This document shows positions 63,279-64,000 of a stretch of DNA of 64,000 nt, one piece after another. The stretch's first letter is position 1; each line of letters opens with the position of its first letter. This stretch comes from Laetmonice hystrix (Eukaryota): NCBI GenBank assembly GCA_965235115.1, contig OZ249453.1:1984001-2048000 (forward strand), read 5' to 3'. The notes under the pieces were generated by a model. The model saw only the letters and a list, made by a program, of their open reading frames with translations. It was not told where the DNA came from and made no database searches. The translations under genes and the position numbers were made by a program.

Positions 63279-64000
63279 TAGTTGGCGGTTCATGGCGGCA
63301 ATTACCATAATGCACTATGGTCATGAGATCTTGGTGTCTTTCAATTTATTGCAATCTATACACAATCACAGAACGATAAAAAAACTTCCATTTGTTAGAT
63401 TCTGTGAATTAAACGGCAGAAGATTTGAATTTATGTTCAAATCCAAAACTTAATGACGTTAAATTCTATGTAAATTTGTTCATTAACTTTTTGGTCAAAT
63501 GTTAATGGTTCAAATGAGTATCCTAATGTTATTCAATAGGATCAGCCCGTTATAAATCTGTAGAGATTATATTCATTGCAGCAAAAATTACACTATTAGA
63601 GTTCTCCGCTTTGGCGTAATCAAATGCATACTACTTATAAATAAACTTTCGTCTTCAACTCGGGCGAATAACGGTCGTTTAATTTGAAAAGGCGAAACGA
63701 AACTTCTTTATGTGCTGGTGCACTGCTTTTGAATTGTTTTAACGTCTTATAACGTGTCTGTCATAATAACGATATCATTTGGTTCGACACGTGAGGCAGA
63801 GCGGTAGTTTAGTCTACTGCCACTTTAAGTCATTCTCACTTTAGGGCCGCACAAAATTAATGAATAGTGAATGTATTTTGTTGTCGATAATATCGTTGAT
63901 GCGGTACTACTTGTTATTCATTGAATGCAACGTTTGAAGAAGATAACAGTTAGGTCTATGAAGTCAGAAAATGGTGGTTATTTTTCTTATAGCCCTGGTT

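Overview
Draft-assembly eukaryotic DNA with five N gaps. It is from a bilaterian invertebrate, probably a lophotrochozoan such as an annelid (inferred from the protein architecture, not certain). One gene is well supported: an 8-exon plus-strand gene from a TATA/Inr promoter at about 28.8 kb to a stop codon at 59368. It has a non-coding exon 1, a signal-peptide exon 2, a 24.3-kb intron 2 and six compact exons. It encodes a 502-aa type I membrane protein: signal peptide, SUEL/rhamnose-type lectin, CUB-like domain, CCP/Sushi-like module, TM helix and a Tyr-motif tail. All six coding junctions are GT-AG and phase-compatible. The rest is non-coding. It holds eight unrelated 42-54-bp minisatellites, two 20-bp arrays (one made of perfect CRE sites), a ~1.1-kb CAG higher-order repeat and several small non-autonomous DNA transposons (Kolobok-, hAT5-, pogo- and Harbinger-like). 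There are also many regulatory-type motifs: CRE, CTCF-like, NRF1, BANP-type TCTCGCGAGA, E-boxes and an over-represented TAGGCCTA. Most ORFs in the supplied track come from repeats or gaps. No rRNA, tRNA, CRISPR array or autonomous transposon is supported. All motif counts are from manual reading, not computed scans.
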